From Octopus sinensis (lineage: Eukaryota): a DNA stretch of 64,000 bases. This document shows, piece after piece, positions 1 to 13,058 of this stretch. The stretch is from contig NC_042998.1 in NCBI RefSeq assembly GCF_006345805.1, forward strand, positions 90,024,001 through 90,088,000, written 5' to 3'. Numbering within the stretch: the stretch's first letter is position 1; the number at the start of each line of letters is the position of its first letter. The translations under genes and the position numbers were made by a program. The notes below the pieces were generated by a model. That model saw only the letters and a list, made by a program, of their open reading frames with translations. It ran no database searches and was not told the DNA's origin.

Positions 1-1448
1 GAAAAACAAAACAATATTTCTTCCTGCCAATTTTAGTTTCAGCTTAATTTTAGATTTCTGGATGTGTTTTAGCTTTGTTTTTGTTTTGTTTTTCTTTTTT
101 AACTATTTCCTTTTTTCTGCTTTCTTTTATTTCTTACATTTTATATGTTCACGTTTTCAACATGATCCTATTTTACTGAATGAGAATTTTCCATTTTCTT
201 AACTATTTGTTCTGCTTTTTTTCTTTTGCTTAATAAAAAAAATCTCTATATTATCCTACCAGTTCTCTCCACTTGCTTGCTTTCTTTCCCTCCTCTCATA
301 CGCCCTTTTTCCCCTTGCTATTTCTCTATTTCCTTCGCTATCTATTTTAGTAACTTTAACATAAAAGTGTCAATGTAAAATAAGTAAATAAATTAAGGCA
401 TGTAGACCTTTTTCCATGGCTCGTTTTATTTTTAAAGTCTATCTATTATATCTCACGCACATTTAAAATATCAAGACTGGGTGTTGTGTGAAACTTTGTT
501 TAATCTTGTTTCATAAGATTTTTTTGTCTACAAGAGATATATGTTAAAAAAGTTAAAACCCTATCCTTTAGATGTAACCCCCGGCATTCCAGCTTTAATG
601 CATTTGTTTCTAGATATAAACAAAACTATCCAGTTTAACTCTTAAGGGATATTTGATACGGAAGCAATGCTAACAACTAATCGAAGGGCAGTGAAAAGAA
701 CAAACTGCAATCTCCACAGCTTTTGAAATTGTTAAATTTTTGACATGGAACACAACCTGCAGCAGTAACTTCTAACACAAAACCATATTGATAACAGCAA
801 ATTAAGGAAAAAAAGAAAAAAATCAACTAGTAGAAATACGATTAAAGCAATATATTTTTTGAATGTTTTCTCATGTAAATTCCTTACAATTATGATTCTA
901 TCAAAGTTTAAACATAGCTAATTCTGCATCTCAAAGAGTTTGCTTTCTCTTCGGGACTAGATAATGTATCAGGTTTCAACAACTACTAACTTGCTGCAAA
1001 TTTCAGGTGAGACACATGATAGAATACTGCTCCCTCATCTGGGGGCTACAAAACACACTGACATCCAGAGAAATGCCATACATCTGACTGGTATAGAGTC
1101 ACTAACAAACACACTCCGATCTCAGGCACACAAACATGCTGTATTCTATCTCTACCTTTTCTACCAGTATTTTAGTGGCCTCTGCTCCACGGAGTTTACT
1201 GGTGTTATGCCCCATCCGCTCAAGCAATCTCAGTTCATTTGCTTCTCTCGTCTCCATCACTCCACCCACTCACGTTCTCACTAACTACTACTCAGTTCTT
1301 TCTTCTCAGAATGCCGGCCCTCTAAAATTCTTTCTTTTCACATCCCTTTTCTGAAATCACCGATTTGAAACAACCTATGCAGAATGTTGATAACATTAAT
1401 CTAACTGTTCTTGAAGGGCATGGCCAAAAGGTCATCATCCAACCCAAT

Positions 1449-1541
<93 letters not shown>

Positions 1542-1544
<3 letters not shown>

Positions 1545-3170
1545 TTGCGGTCAAAATGTTCAGAACGGCATTGTTTTCGCCAGAAAAGTAGATATAAGTT
1601 TTTATCAAAGTTGTTTTATATTCTATAATTTTCACAGACAATAAATACAATATTAATTGTTATTGTCTGAGATTTTGGTGTAATTTAAGAGGATAATACA
1701 AAAGTTATGGATGATTTAGTGATTTACTGCAAAACCCATGGCGGCCAAAATGATCAGAACGGTTGAAAAAAATAACAAAATAATCAAAAATGACAGAGAA
1801 TACTGGAATTATTTAATATTTAGTGTGAAGCCCTTTAGCTTCAATCACACTTTGACATCTTCGACTGCATGAGGAAATTAAATTTTCAATTTCTTGCTAG
1901 GTGATCTTATTCCATTCTTCCTGAAGGGCATTCCATAATTGCTCGGTTGTTTTAGGATTTCTGGCTTTCGAACGTTCTCCTAGAATATTCCACACATTTT
2001 CAATAGGATTGAGATCTGGGCTTTGAGCAGGCCAATCCATAATAATAACCCTTTCAGCCTTGAGGAAGTTCATGACCACCTTAACCTTGTGACATGGGGC
2101 ATTGTCCTGCATGAATATGGGTGGTCGCTTAGTTGAATTTCTCTGCACAGGCAAGACATGATCTTTTACAAGTTGTTTATAAACTCCTGCATTTACCTTT
2201 CCATGTGATCGCACCAAAGGGCCCACACCATCTCCAGATATCACCCCCCAAACCATGACACTTCCTCTACCGAATTTAACACTAGTCTTAAGGCATTTAG
2301 GCGACAATTTTTCACCTACTTTTCAACGAACGTACCTTTTCCCATCTGAGCCAAATAACATAAACTTAGATTCATCACTGAAATGCACCGTTTGCCATTT
2401 TTCTTGAGACCACAACACATGTTCGGTTGCAAAGGTATGACGACACTTTTTATTTTTGGAGCTAACCAGTGGCTTCACTGCTGGTGATCTTGCTTGTAGG
2501 TTATGTCCAACTAAACGATGAGACAGGTTTTTCGAGATAACGTTTTCTTCAGTACAATGCTCATTTCCCGAGAAACAGCAGCAGCAGTTTTAAATCTGTC
2601 CTTTTTAACCAACTTTACCATAGCACGATCTTCTCTCTTGGTCATTTTTCTTGGCCTATCTGTAGACTTTCTTGCTTCACACGAACCACAATCATCGAAG
2701 ACCTTAAGAATACCGTGAACAACACTTTTTGACTTGTTAACAATCTTTGCAATAGACCCAATACTTAAATTATCCTTCTTTCGAAGCTTAATAATCTGCT
2801 GACGAATTGATAACGGAGTAAGTGGCATTATATTAACAAAGTACACTGCAGATATTCTTACTAATGTTTAGTAAACGAACCGTCACGTAAACAAATTCAA
2901 AACATTAGAGTTCACCGGTTAAATATACTAAAACATGGAGTAAAAGCAACTGTTCTGATCATTTTGGCCGCCATGGGTTTTGCAGTAAATCACTAAATCA
3001 TCCATAACTTTTGTATTATCCTCTCAAATTACACCAAAATCTCAGACAATAACAATTAATATCGTATTTATTGTCTGTGAAAATTATAGAATATAAAACA
3101 ACTTTGATAAAAACTTATATCTACTTTTCTGGCGAAAACAATGCCGTTCTGAACATTTTGGCCGCAACTG
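1542..3170 (-). mobile_element. Tc1-family DNA transposon, IR/DR type, ~1.63 kb
   Basis: 224-bp TIRs at 1542-1765 and 2947-3170 (about 4 mismatches by eye). Each TIR has an outer and an inner GCGGCCAAAATG(T/A)TCAGAAC(G/A)G repeat. TA follows the right end; the left TSD is overrun by (TA)n(GA)n. Confidence 0.95.
1813..2828 (-). pseudogene. Tc1 DD34E transposase, disrupted
   Basis: N-terminal HTH (ORF 2511-2846), VHFSDESKF, MQDNAPCH, WPAQSPDLNPIENVW with 34 residues between D and E, C-terminal AKGLHTKY*. Carries frameshifts and a premature TAG at 1897. Confidence 0.93.
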
Positions 3171-3750
3171 TATATGCTTGTTGTTGGTGTATGTTTGTTT
3201 ATTTCTTTTGTAACATCTAGTAACGTTTGAAATGTTTTTGTCTTCAGCCTTCTTCAAACCAATCATCTTGTTACCATCTCTATCATTCATTCTGATATTT
3301 CCCTCAGCTTCCTTCTCATACTTAGTATCTCTCATTCTCTTTCTTTCTCCCTCTTTCACTCTCTCCCCCCTCCCCCCCACACACTCTCTCTCTAGTCATT
3401 CGATATAATTTTGATAATAATATTGTTTTATGATCGGAAGTGCTGGACCATGGTAAGTTTAGAGAAAGGAAAATGAAGCTTACGTTGAGTGAAAACACTA
3501 CAATTCGTGTAATAAAACCATTTCAAGAACTCGGTTTGCCTGGTGCAAACTCAGTACTACAAGTTTCCCGTCACAAGGATTTATAAGCTGCAAAGTTAAT
3601 TCGTTTTGGAATTTGACATTCCTGGGACCATCTAGATGTTTTTTATTATACACTTTTTTTTAACAATAGCCCGTTGAATAATTGAGCTCACAGATTTGTC
3701 CAACGAACCAATCGATAATTCACTGAGACAAACAGGCAATCAATATTTAA

Positions 3751-3984
3751 GGCGGCGAGCTGGCAGAGACGTTAGCACGCCGGGCGAAGTGCTTCGCGGT
3801 ATTTCGCCCGTCGCTGCGTTCTGAGTTCAAATTCCGCCGAGGTCGACTTTGCCTTTCATCCTTTCGGGGTCGATAAATTAAGTACCAGTTACGCACTGGG
3901 GCCGATGTAATCGACTTAATCCGTTTGTCTGTTCTTGTTTGTCTCCTCTATGTTTGGCTCCTTGTGGGTAGTAAAGAAACAAAT
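3751..3984 (+). mobile_element. tRNA-derived SINE, family A (CORE-like, octopus OR-type)
   Basis: GGCGGCGAGCTGGCAGA head, B-box GAGTTCAAATTCC, GCCTTTCATCCTTTCGGGGTCGATAAA core; many copies in the window. Confidence 0.9.
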
Positions 3985-3989
3985 ATTTC

Positions 3990-4188
3990 TGGGGAAATTT
4001 TAGCACGCCGGGAAAAAGGCATAACATCATTTCGTCCGTTTTACGCTCTGAGTTCAAATTCCACTGTGGTCGATTTTGCCTTTCACCCTTTTAGAATCGA
4101 TAAAATAATTATCTGTTGAACACTGGGGTCGATGTAATCGACTCATCCCCTCCCCGAAATTGCTGGCCAAAATTTGAAGCCAATATTT
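3990..4188 (+). mobile_element. SINE family A, alternative-tail subfamily
   Basis: Same head and core; ends CCCCTCCCCGAAATTGCTGGCCAAAATTTGAAGCCAATATT. Confidence 0.8.
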
Positions 4189-5845
4189 AGGGAGCAAATT
4201 AATAAATTACTATATTTTTTCTACTAGCATATAATAACATACGTTCTGGAATTATTTATAATCTTTAATTGATAATCGCCTGCAAATCTGTTTCTAATGT
4301 TATCAAAAGATTAAGGTGATAATATAATTAAATGCTTTGAGGGAAATTTTTGTTCCTTTATTTTCTCGGTTTAAATTCTATTTGAGTCGCTTTTGTCTTT
4401 TCAATATTTGAGGTTGATTAAAATGAATACCTATTTCATAATGGAAACGATTTAATCGATTGATTCCTCCTCCCAAAAGTGTTACATTATTCCAAACTTA
4501 GTGTGACCCATAAAATGAAAGTGGATTACAAGAAGTTGTAGAGAATATAGGCATTCCTGGGTTTAAATATGTCCTTAACATTTTTAAATCCCACCGGATC
4601 TGACATTTTGTTTCCTCCCTCCGGGATTGTGAAAATAAACACTATTAATATATTGAAGTTAACTCAGTTGATCATACACAATTCCAATCAACACGAAAGA
4701 TAGTCTTCGTTCAGTAAGAGAAAAACTTATCAACACTTTACAAAATAGCGCACAGTATTTCGTTTTGTCTTAAAAGGACCTGAGTTTATCCCGTGAAAGT
4801 CGACTATATATTTTTTCACAAACTCACAATCGATGAAATAACTATCGTACGACAGAAGGCACCTTTGATTATTTTTATATAGATACATTTTTTTTCTTTT
4901 TTCGAAACTTTTGCAATATTGAACACGGTTGATTGTGTCTCTTCAGACTTATTTAATTTAAGAAGCTATTTTTAAAATAAGGTTGATATAAACTATGTAT
5001 TATGTCAACATTTAGAAGAATGCAATTGGTATTGAATTTTTGCGACACAGTAATAAAGTTGTAAACGCATCGGGACTGATCTATTTTTCAAAATGATAAT
5101 TGAATCTGGAGACCGTTCTGTGATATCAAACATGCACTAGAATTGATTCAATACAATATGCCCTTCAGAATAAATACGTGGCTTTGTGTTGGTTACTAAC
5201 AGAATTCACTCATAATATTATTTAGCTAAAATAGATACCAACTATATATTGGCGTCTATTACAACATGGGAAAAAATCAGTGTTACTTGTAAAATTACTA
5301 ATAGTCACTTGTCCCATAATATTTTCTTTTTGCCTTAATTTTTTGTATATCGATTAATCGCCAAGTGTTATTTCAAATTTTCGTTTTCCTCAGACGAACG
5401 CTATAACAACCCATAAAAACAACTACTACTAAAGAAAGACTGGATTGAGTATTCGCCTTGAAAATTCCCAGTTAATTCTTCAAAGAAAAATTTACCTTTT
5501 CGAATACTAGGTAAGAAGTGTTTTCAGGCAAGTAAGTGCTAAAGTCCTCTCTTCTTTTTTTCCGCTTTTCTTTTTTTCTCCTCTTCTCTCCATGTCTCTC
5601 TCCCCTTCTTTCCCATTGATACCATTCAGCATACACAGGAGGGTTGAGTCTTGTTGCCGATTCGAGACAAGCATGGGGGAGAACGTGAAATTTACAACCA
5701 CCAGGCTATCCGTAAAAGCATTAACTACTTCAGTGAAGTGAAATAGGTTTTGACAAAATTTTAAATATGGTTGCACATTCGGTTCTCAACGTACCTTACT
5801 TCATTTTATAGCACTTATTCATAGTATGTATTTAGTATTTATACT

Positions 5846-6394
5846 GAGCTTAGAGAAAGTAATGAGTATCTAGGTTTATTCTCAACTAATACTTTATTTA
5901 TTTGCTGATCATTAATATATTTTCACAAAAAGAGAACTATTTTTCTTTATCATTGGATCAAAACGAACGAATATATTCGGAAGTGCTTGTTTTTTTTTGT
6001 GGGGAAAATCAACAGTGAATTAAAGTGAATTAAAGCCTATCTGCCCGACTCTCGGTGATCATGATTACCGCTGTCAGGAACAAAATTACACACGAAAAGG
6101 TTAATTTTCTAGTCGTTTTATTGACTTAGTTAAAAAAGATTATGTAATTGCTGACATTCCAACAGGAAGAGATGTTTGCCTTTCCCAGATTTCACTACTT
6201 AATGTACACTTTAATTCACTGTTGATTTTCCCCACAAAAAAAACTAGTACTTCCGAAGATATTCGTTCGTTTTGATCCAATGATAAAGAAAAATAGTTCT
6301 CTTTTTGTGAAAATAAATAAATGACCAGCAAATAAATAAAGCATTAGTTGAGAATAAACCTATTTCTGTAGATACTCATTGCTTTCTCTAACTC
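5846..6394. mobile_element. Foldback/MITE-like element with ~185-bp inverted arms
   Basis: 5846-6027 is the reverse complement of 6207-6394; ~180-bp non-coding spacer. Confidence 0.7.
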
Positions 6395-7024
6395 TGCTCT
6401 ATCTAAACAGACTCTAGCAATCTCATGTTACGTCGGTTCATTTATCTAATAATCAGACGTTGCGTTATCATCTTTGGATTTCAACTGGGCATGAATAGTA
6501 TTAGAGTCACCAGCGACTTACCAACATCCAATCTTTGAGTGTTCAGTGAATGTCTATGTAAAATGGTTGTAGGTTTTAAGTGACGTAACATGATGCGAGC
6601 AATACTGCATAATGGGATGTTATCAGACCCTAACAAAACTTCTCTACCAACGATAATTTTATTTTCAGATTGTTTTTTCCTAATGCGTATTTTCACGGTT
6701 TAACGTCAGTGTTCAATGTTGTAATTGGAGGGCTACATATGTGTTGGTCGTTCTATTTATGTGTGAGCATTTAGGTGAATGTAATTGTTTGTGGTAATAA
6801 AATAATATACACAAAATACGCAATGCATACATTCAGACATGAACACAAAATGACGTTTTAGCAGAAATATTCATAGGAATATTCTGAAAAATATAAGAAA
6901 TACTTTAAAATAAAGTATTAGTAATGTGGGAGTTGTTAAATGACAGTGGTTCTTCACTTATGAATCGTTAAGCAGGAAGAATGTTTTGTTTTCCCAAATA
7001 TTTAACATTTAGCTTAATTGGGTC

Positions 7025-7077
<53 letters not shown>

Positions 7078-8079
7078 GTCACATGTATGTTGGGAAAGAA
7101 TATGAGACATTACGACATTTATTTATTTCCCCAATGTCATTAGCAGAAGGATTTGAAATTATATCCCAGAATTGGTTTGTTGCAGTTTATCGTTTGTTCT
7201 ATGCTGGTCACCAAAAATATCCACCCTACAAAAAAGGGGTATGAGCCGTTTATAACAAGTGATTGAAACCACGCTTTAGTGTTGGCTCTTCTAGGAACTT
7301 CTTGCTTTCCAGTATTTCACCAAAGATATTGGTTGTTTTGTCACTCAGTTCAAAGATTCCCTGGTGAGAGTCTGTGGAATCGATGTTCTGATTTGTTTCC
7401 TTTGCACGCTGGATTCTTTATTCGAGAATCCTGCGCGTTGATAAAATCTCCTTACACACTTGTAGAAGAGCTTGATATTTATATCTAATTTTTCCTACTT
7501 TTGCATGTATTTGGATGTTCAGCTAATGCTGTAGAACCACTTTTTAATGTAGTACACTTGGTCCATTGCATATACTTATCTTTATGTGAATTCTATTTTG
7601 CATTTTATCTTGTGTTTTTACATGTAATTGATTGCATTGAATGCATGCTCGTGTATGAGCGTTTCTAATATATGCATCTAAACATTTTAGCACATTTATA
7701 AGTTACAATGTTGTCGTTTTACAATTGCTTTGGTCTGTCTAATATGAACTTTAGGAAATATAAAAACTACCAATGTTATTGAAATAATAATGGCTGATGG
7801 AAATATGTTCCTCTAATATACAGAACCCGTTAACGGTATGTTCCAAGCGTCGATGCCATGAGTTAACGGCTCAGTTTGTCATTAGCAAGCAGTTGCTGCT
7901 TGCTATAATCCGGAACGAGTAATACAATAGATCTGATAGATACATCTGTATCAAATTAAATAAGATCTCTTCCAAACTCATGATCTGCAACTGTCGAGTT
8001 TCATTTATTATCTCTAGTCACAAATTAATAGTGCATGTGAAGCAAAAGACATGCTTATATATATACATATATATGTATC

Positions 8080-8134
<55 letters not shown>

Positions 8135-8160
8135 GGTTGAAAAGGAACACACGAGTTGAT

Positions 8161-8391
8161 ATATATGAAAAAAAGAGTCAAGGTAGAAAATGCTAAAATA
8201 ATTTTATAAAACACATTTCCGTACCGGTTTCAGTCAGTGAGACATTTTCAAATGTAAGTATGGAAAACAATTAATTTTTCTAAAATTTAATTGTTTTCCA
8301 TACTTACAGTTGAAAAAGTCTCAATGACTGAAACCGGTACTGAAATTTTCTTTATAAAATTATTTTAGCATTTTCTACGTTGACTCTTTTC

Positions 8392-8398
<7 letters not shown>
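8161..8398. repeat. ~240-bp palindrome of Penelope-type termini, each arm with a degenerate hammerhead
   Basis: Arms 8161-8274 and 8287-8398. Right arm reads cag-TTGAAAA-agtc/gact-GAAAC-CG-GTA-ctg. Confidence 0.7.
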
Positions 8399-8446
<48 letters not shown>

Positions 8447-8639
8447 ATATATTATATATATATATATATATTATATATATATAATAACATACATATGTGT
8501 GTGTAGGTAAGTACTTACTGCGGACAAGGCTGCGAGGCGTCCGATTATAAATAAATAAAAAATACACATTAAGTATAAGTATAGGACATCACCAACGAGT
8601 GAAAAATACGTAAACACCCGAGAGTTAAGTACAGGACAG

Positions 8640-9499
<860 letters not shown>

Positions 9500-9524
9500 C
9501 ATACACTCGCACACACACACAAAT

Positions 9525-11424
9525 GTGAATTAAGGCTACTATTGGTTTCATGTTAAGAAGAGTGGGAAAATATCCAAGAATTTCAACAATTTTTCAAGCT
9601 GATCACATGGAGAAAGGTGTTCGCCTCCATTCTGGAAAACAATCTCCTTTCGTTCACGGGATTTCTCGTGAATTCGCGGAAGTGAAACAATGAAACAGTG
9701 AATCGAGGGACGCTACTCTATAAAGCATTTTTTGGAGTTTGACTCCCTTCGATTTGTCTTTTCGGTAAATTTCTTAATTTTTTTCATACTTTGTATGATC
9801 TTGTCTATATAATTCAATTAATATAGAAGCAAAAAATCTAGCCACGAAGTTTAAAATAGGAGGCAACGTAGAAAAGCTTATCCCACGAAATCCTTTTATA
9901 ATTCTGAAAGACCATAAAAACAATTTTACACAAAATCCTAGCAGTAGATTAATAAGTTCCACAAAAGGGGAAATAGGAATTAATTTATATGCTAGATGTC
10001 CTTAAAAAGGGAAGGGGCGATGGTCTGGAATACTACACAATAAAAACGGACATGACAAGAAGTGGATAAGGAAAAAATTATGCAAAATATTTAGCCAACT
10101 AAGCCTATGAACTACAATTACAACTTCCTAGACATCAACATGAATCTTAACACGGTGAAATTTAAACCCTACAGCAAAGAAAACGAGGAAGCTAGGTACA
10201 TAGATATAGGTTCCAACCACCCACGAGCAGTGATTAAATAAATAGTTAACAACATTAGCAGGCGGGTTTCCAATTTATTCGTCGACAAAGACACTTTTGA
10301 AACAGCCGCTCCATATTATAATGCTGCATTAGAAAGGTCCAACTTCAAGAAGGCCAAGAAGACGCAGACAGAGAAAAATCTTATGGTTCAATCCGCCTTA
10401 TAGCATGAATGTAGCTAGGAAATTCTTAAAACTAAAAGACAACCACTTCCCATATTCGCACAAATATCACAAAATCTTCAACAGAAACACTGTTTAAGTT
10501 AGCTATATTTGCCTCCTAGGATCAATAATATTTAATCACAATAAACATAAACACACCAGAAACACCCCCCAGAAAACCAGTGCAACTTCAGATCCTCAAA
10601 TAGATGCCCTCTAAACAATAACTGTCTCGAGAAAGAACTCGTATACAAGGCCAAGGTCACGGACCCCAACGGAATACCAAAGACATATATCGGAATGATG
10701 GGAAACTCGTTCATGGAAAGGTATACGCAACACCTTGCGTCATTCAGAGAGAAAAACAAAAATAACATGAGACATCCCCTTCAAATATAATATAGATATT
10801 GAAAGAAGATAGGATAATCAACCCCCAGATAGAGTGGAAAACTATTGCTTAAGCCAAAAAATAGAGATGACGGGGTACCATATATGAACTCTGCATTACT
10901 GAAAATTTAAATATTATTCAATCAACAGACATCTTAAACATGAAGGATGAAACCTTCTCTCTCTGCATACATAAACAATATTTTACACTCAGATACTTTA
11001 AAGAAGACCCCTATGAACGAGGGTAACTACAAACAAAGGCAGCCCTACCAGGATAGCCCCTCCATATACATGAGCACATATAGCACACAAACTTCACACA
11101 ACAAAGAAGAAATGTCACAAACTCCACACAAAGAAGAAACAAGCTCCAACATACAAGTACAAAACACCATGCCCAGAACAAGATCATACGAAGAATGAAA
11201 AAAATTAAGAAATTTACCGAAAAGACAAATCAAAGGGAGACAAATTCCAAAAAATGCCTTATAGATTAGCGTCCCTCGATTCATTGTTTCATTGTTTCAC
11301 TTAGGTGAATTTACGAGAAATCCCGTGAACGAAACGAGATTGTTCTCCATGTGCACGGCTTGAAAAACTGTTCAGAAACTTTCCCACTCTTCTTAACATG
11401 AAACCAATGGTAGCCTTAAATCAT
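9525..11424 (+). mobile_element. Penelope-like retroelement (EN+), internally deleted, with inverted terminal repeats
   Basis: Decayed ORF reads ILKDHKNNF..RLIS, NFLDINMNL, SNHP, WFNPPYS, CPLNNNCLEKELVYKAKV..KTYIG (GIY-YIG). Inverted arms at 9525-9806 and 11178-11424. Confidence 0.9.
9810..11010 (+). pseudogene. PLE reverse transcriptase remnant plus GIY-YIG endonuclease
   Basis: Motifs as above, with multiple stops and frameshifts and the RT core deleted. Confidence 0.85.
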
Positions 11425-11504
11425 AAATAAAGAAATTAGTTATCTACCAATGCGTTGTTGAGCACACATTCCAACGTTCTACTTCTATGTGTGTATATAG
11501 AAAG

Positions 11505-11715
<211 letters not shown>

Positions 11716-13058
11716 TCGATGTATTTACATTCAGTAACACCTCGGTTAATAGTATAGATACGTTCCTTAAAATACACTGCTAAACGAAGTCATTATAACA
11801 GTGTAGAGATATCAACTTGATAGGCTAGTTATAGCAGTGGCACAAATTCAGATAAAGATCGTAAATGTCACTGGACAAATGGAAAGCTCTGAGATTCGTT
11901 GTCACACCATTCAAACACTTAATAGCTTCAGATAATGTCACTCAATGCGATCTAAATTTTTGGTAAAATTGAACATGTTTTAATTAATTAAGATCCTTTG
12001 AGCTTATCTATGGCTTTCATGACATGGTAGTTTTGTGAAACAAACTTGATAGATTGTTAACAATAGCCATCTGGTTCTCTTTTTATCTTGGTCATTTGCT
12101 TCTTCAACAAGCTATTTGAATATACAACTAATGTAGTCGACCCTGATATTAGAAATTGTAATCTGATCCACATATTGAATCAAGAAAGATTTTTGGAGTA
12201 TTAGGCATAGTATTTCCACAAAAATACAGGTTTGAAGGGTGTTGAGATACAAGGGATGGTCTAAAAAAATTATCAGTCACCAGCAATGTCTTAGATTAAA
12301 GATTATGTCTTCATCAAATCCTTTTGGGTCGGACAAATGTGTAAAACAAACGATTGTATGAAAACTCCAATGTCACTCAGTTCATTTTTTATTTTCAAAT
12401 CACAGGGAGAGGCATAATTGATATTGATTGCGACGTTTCTGAATAATAAACAAACGTTCGCAACAGCTCGAAGTATCTCCTGAAACATTACCTCCGTCAC
12501 TTTAGATGCTTCTACACTAACAGCTTCACCAGACATATGCATGCCGTGTAGGTAATGCCGTTGTTTGAAACTAATAAATAAATCTCTGCGTATACTTCTA
12601 CAGTTAACTCCTCCTTGTGTCTGAAAATATTCCTGGTTTTTTTCCATTATTACATGATGGCTTAATAGCATGTTACGTTGCATTTTGTCGTTCATCCATA
12701 CAACAAGAATATCTTACACTTTTCTTTTTCCAAAGCCTTAATTCTACAGATAGTGATTATTTTGGGGTATATCCAGTGTGTGATTTAACCTTTAATCTTC
12801 ATCTAGCCAATGCAGTTCCATTTTTATAATGACTAAAAAGTTTATTAGATATTTATTCATGTATGTATCTACCTACATACCTACCTCCCTCCCTACCTGT
12901 CTACCTACCTACCTACCAACATACAAACATACATACATACATGCAGATATACATAAATACCTACCTATTTACCTACTTACATATATACCTACATACATAC
13001 CTTCCTACATACATACATACATACATACATACATACATACATACATACATACATACAT

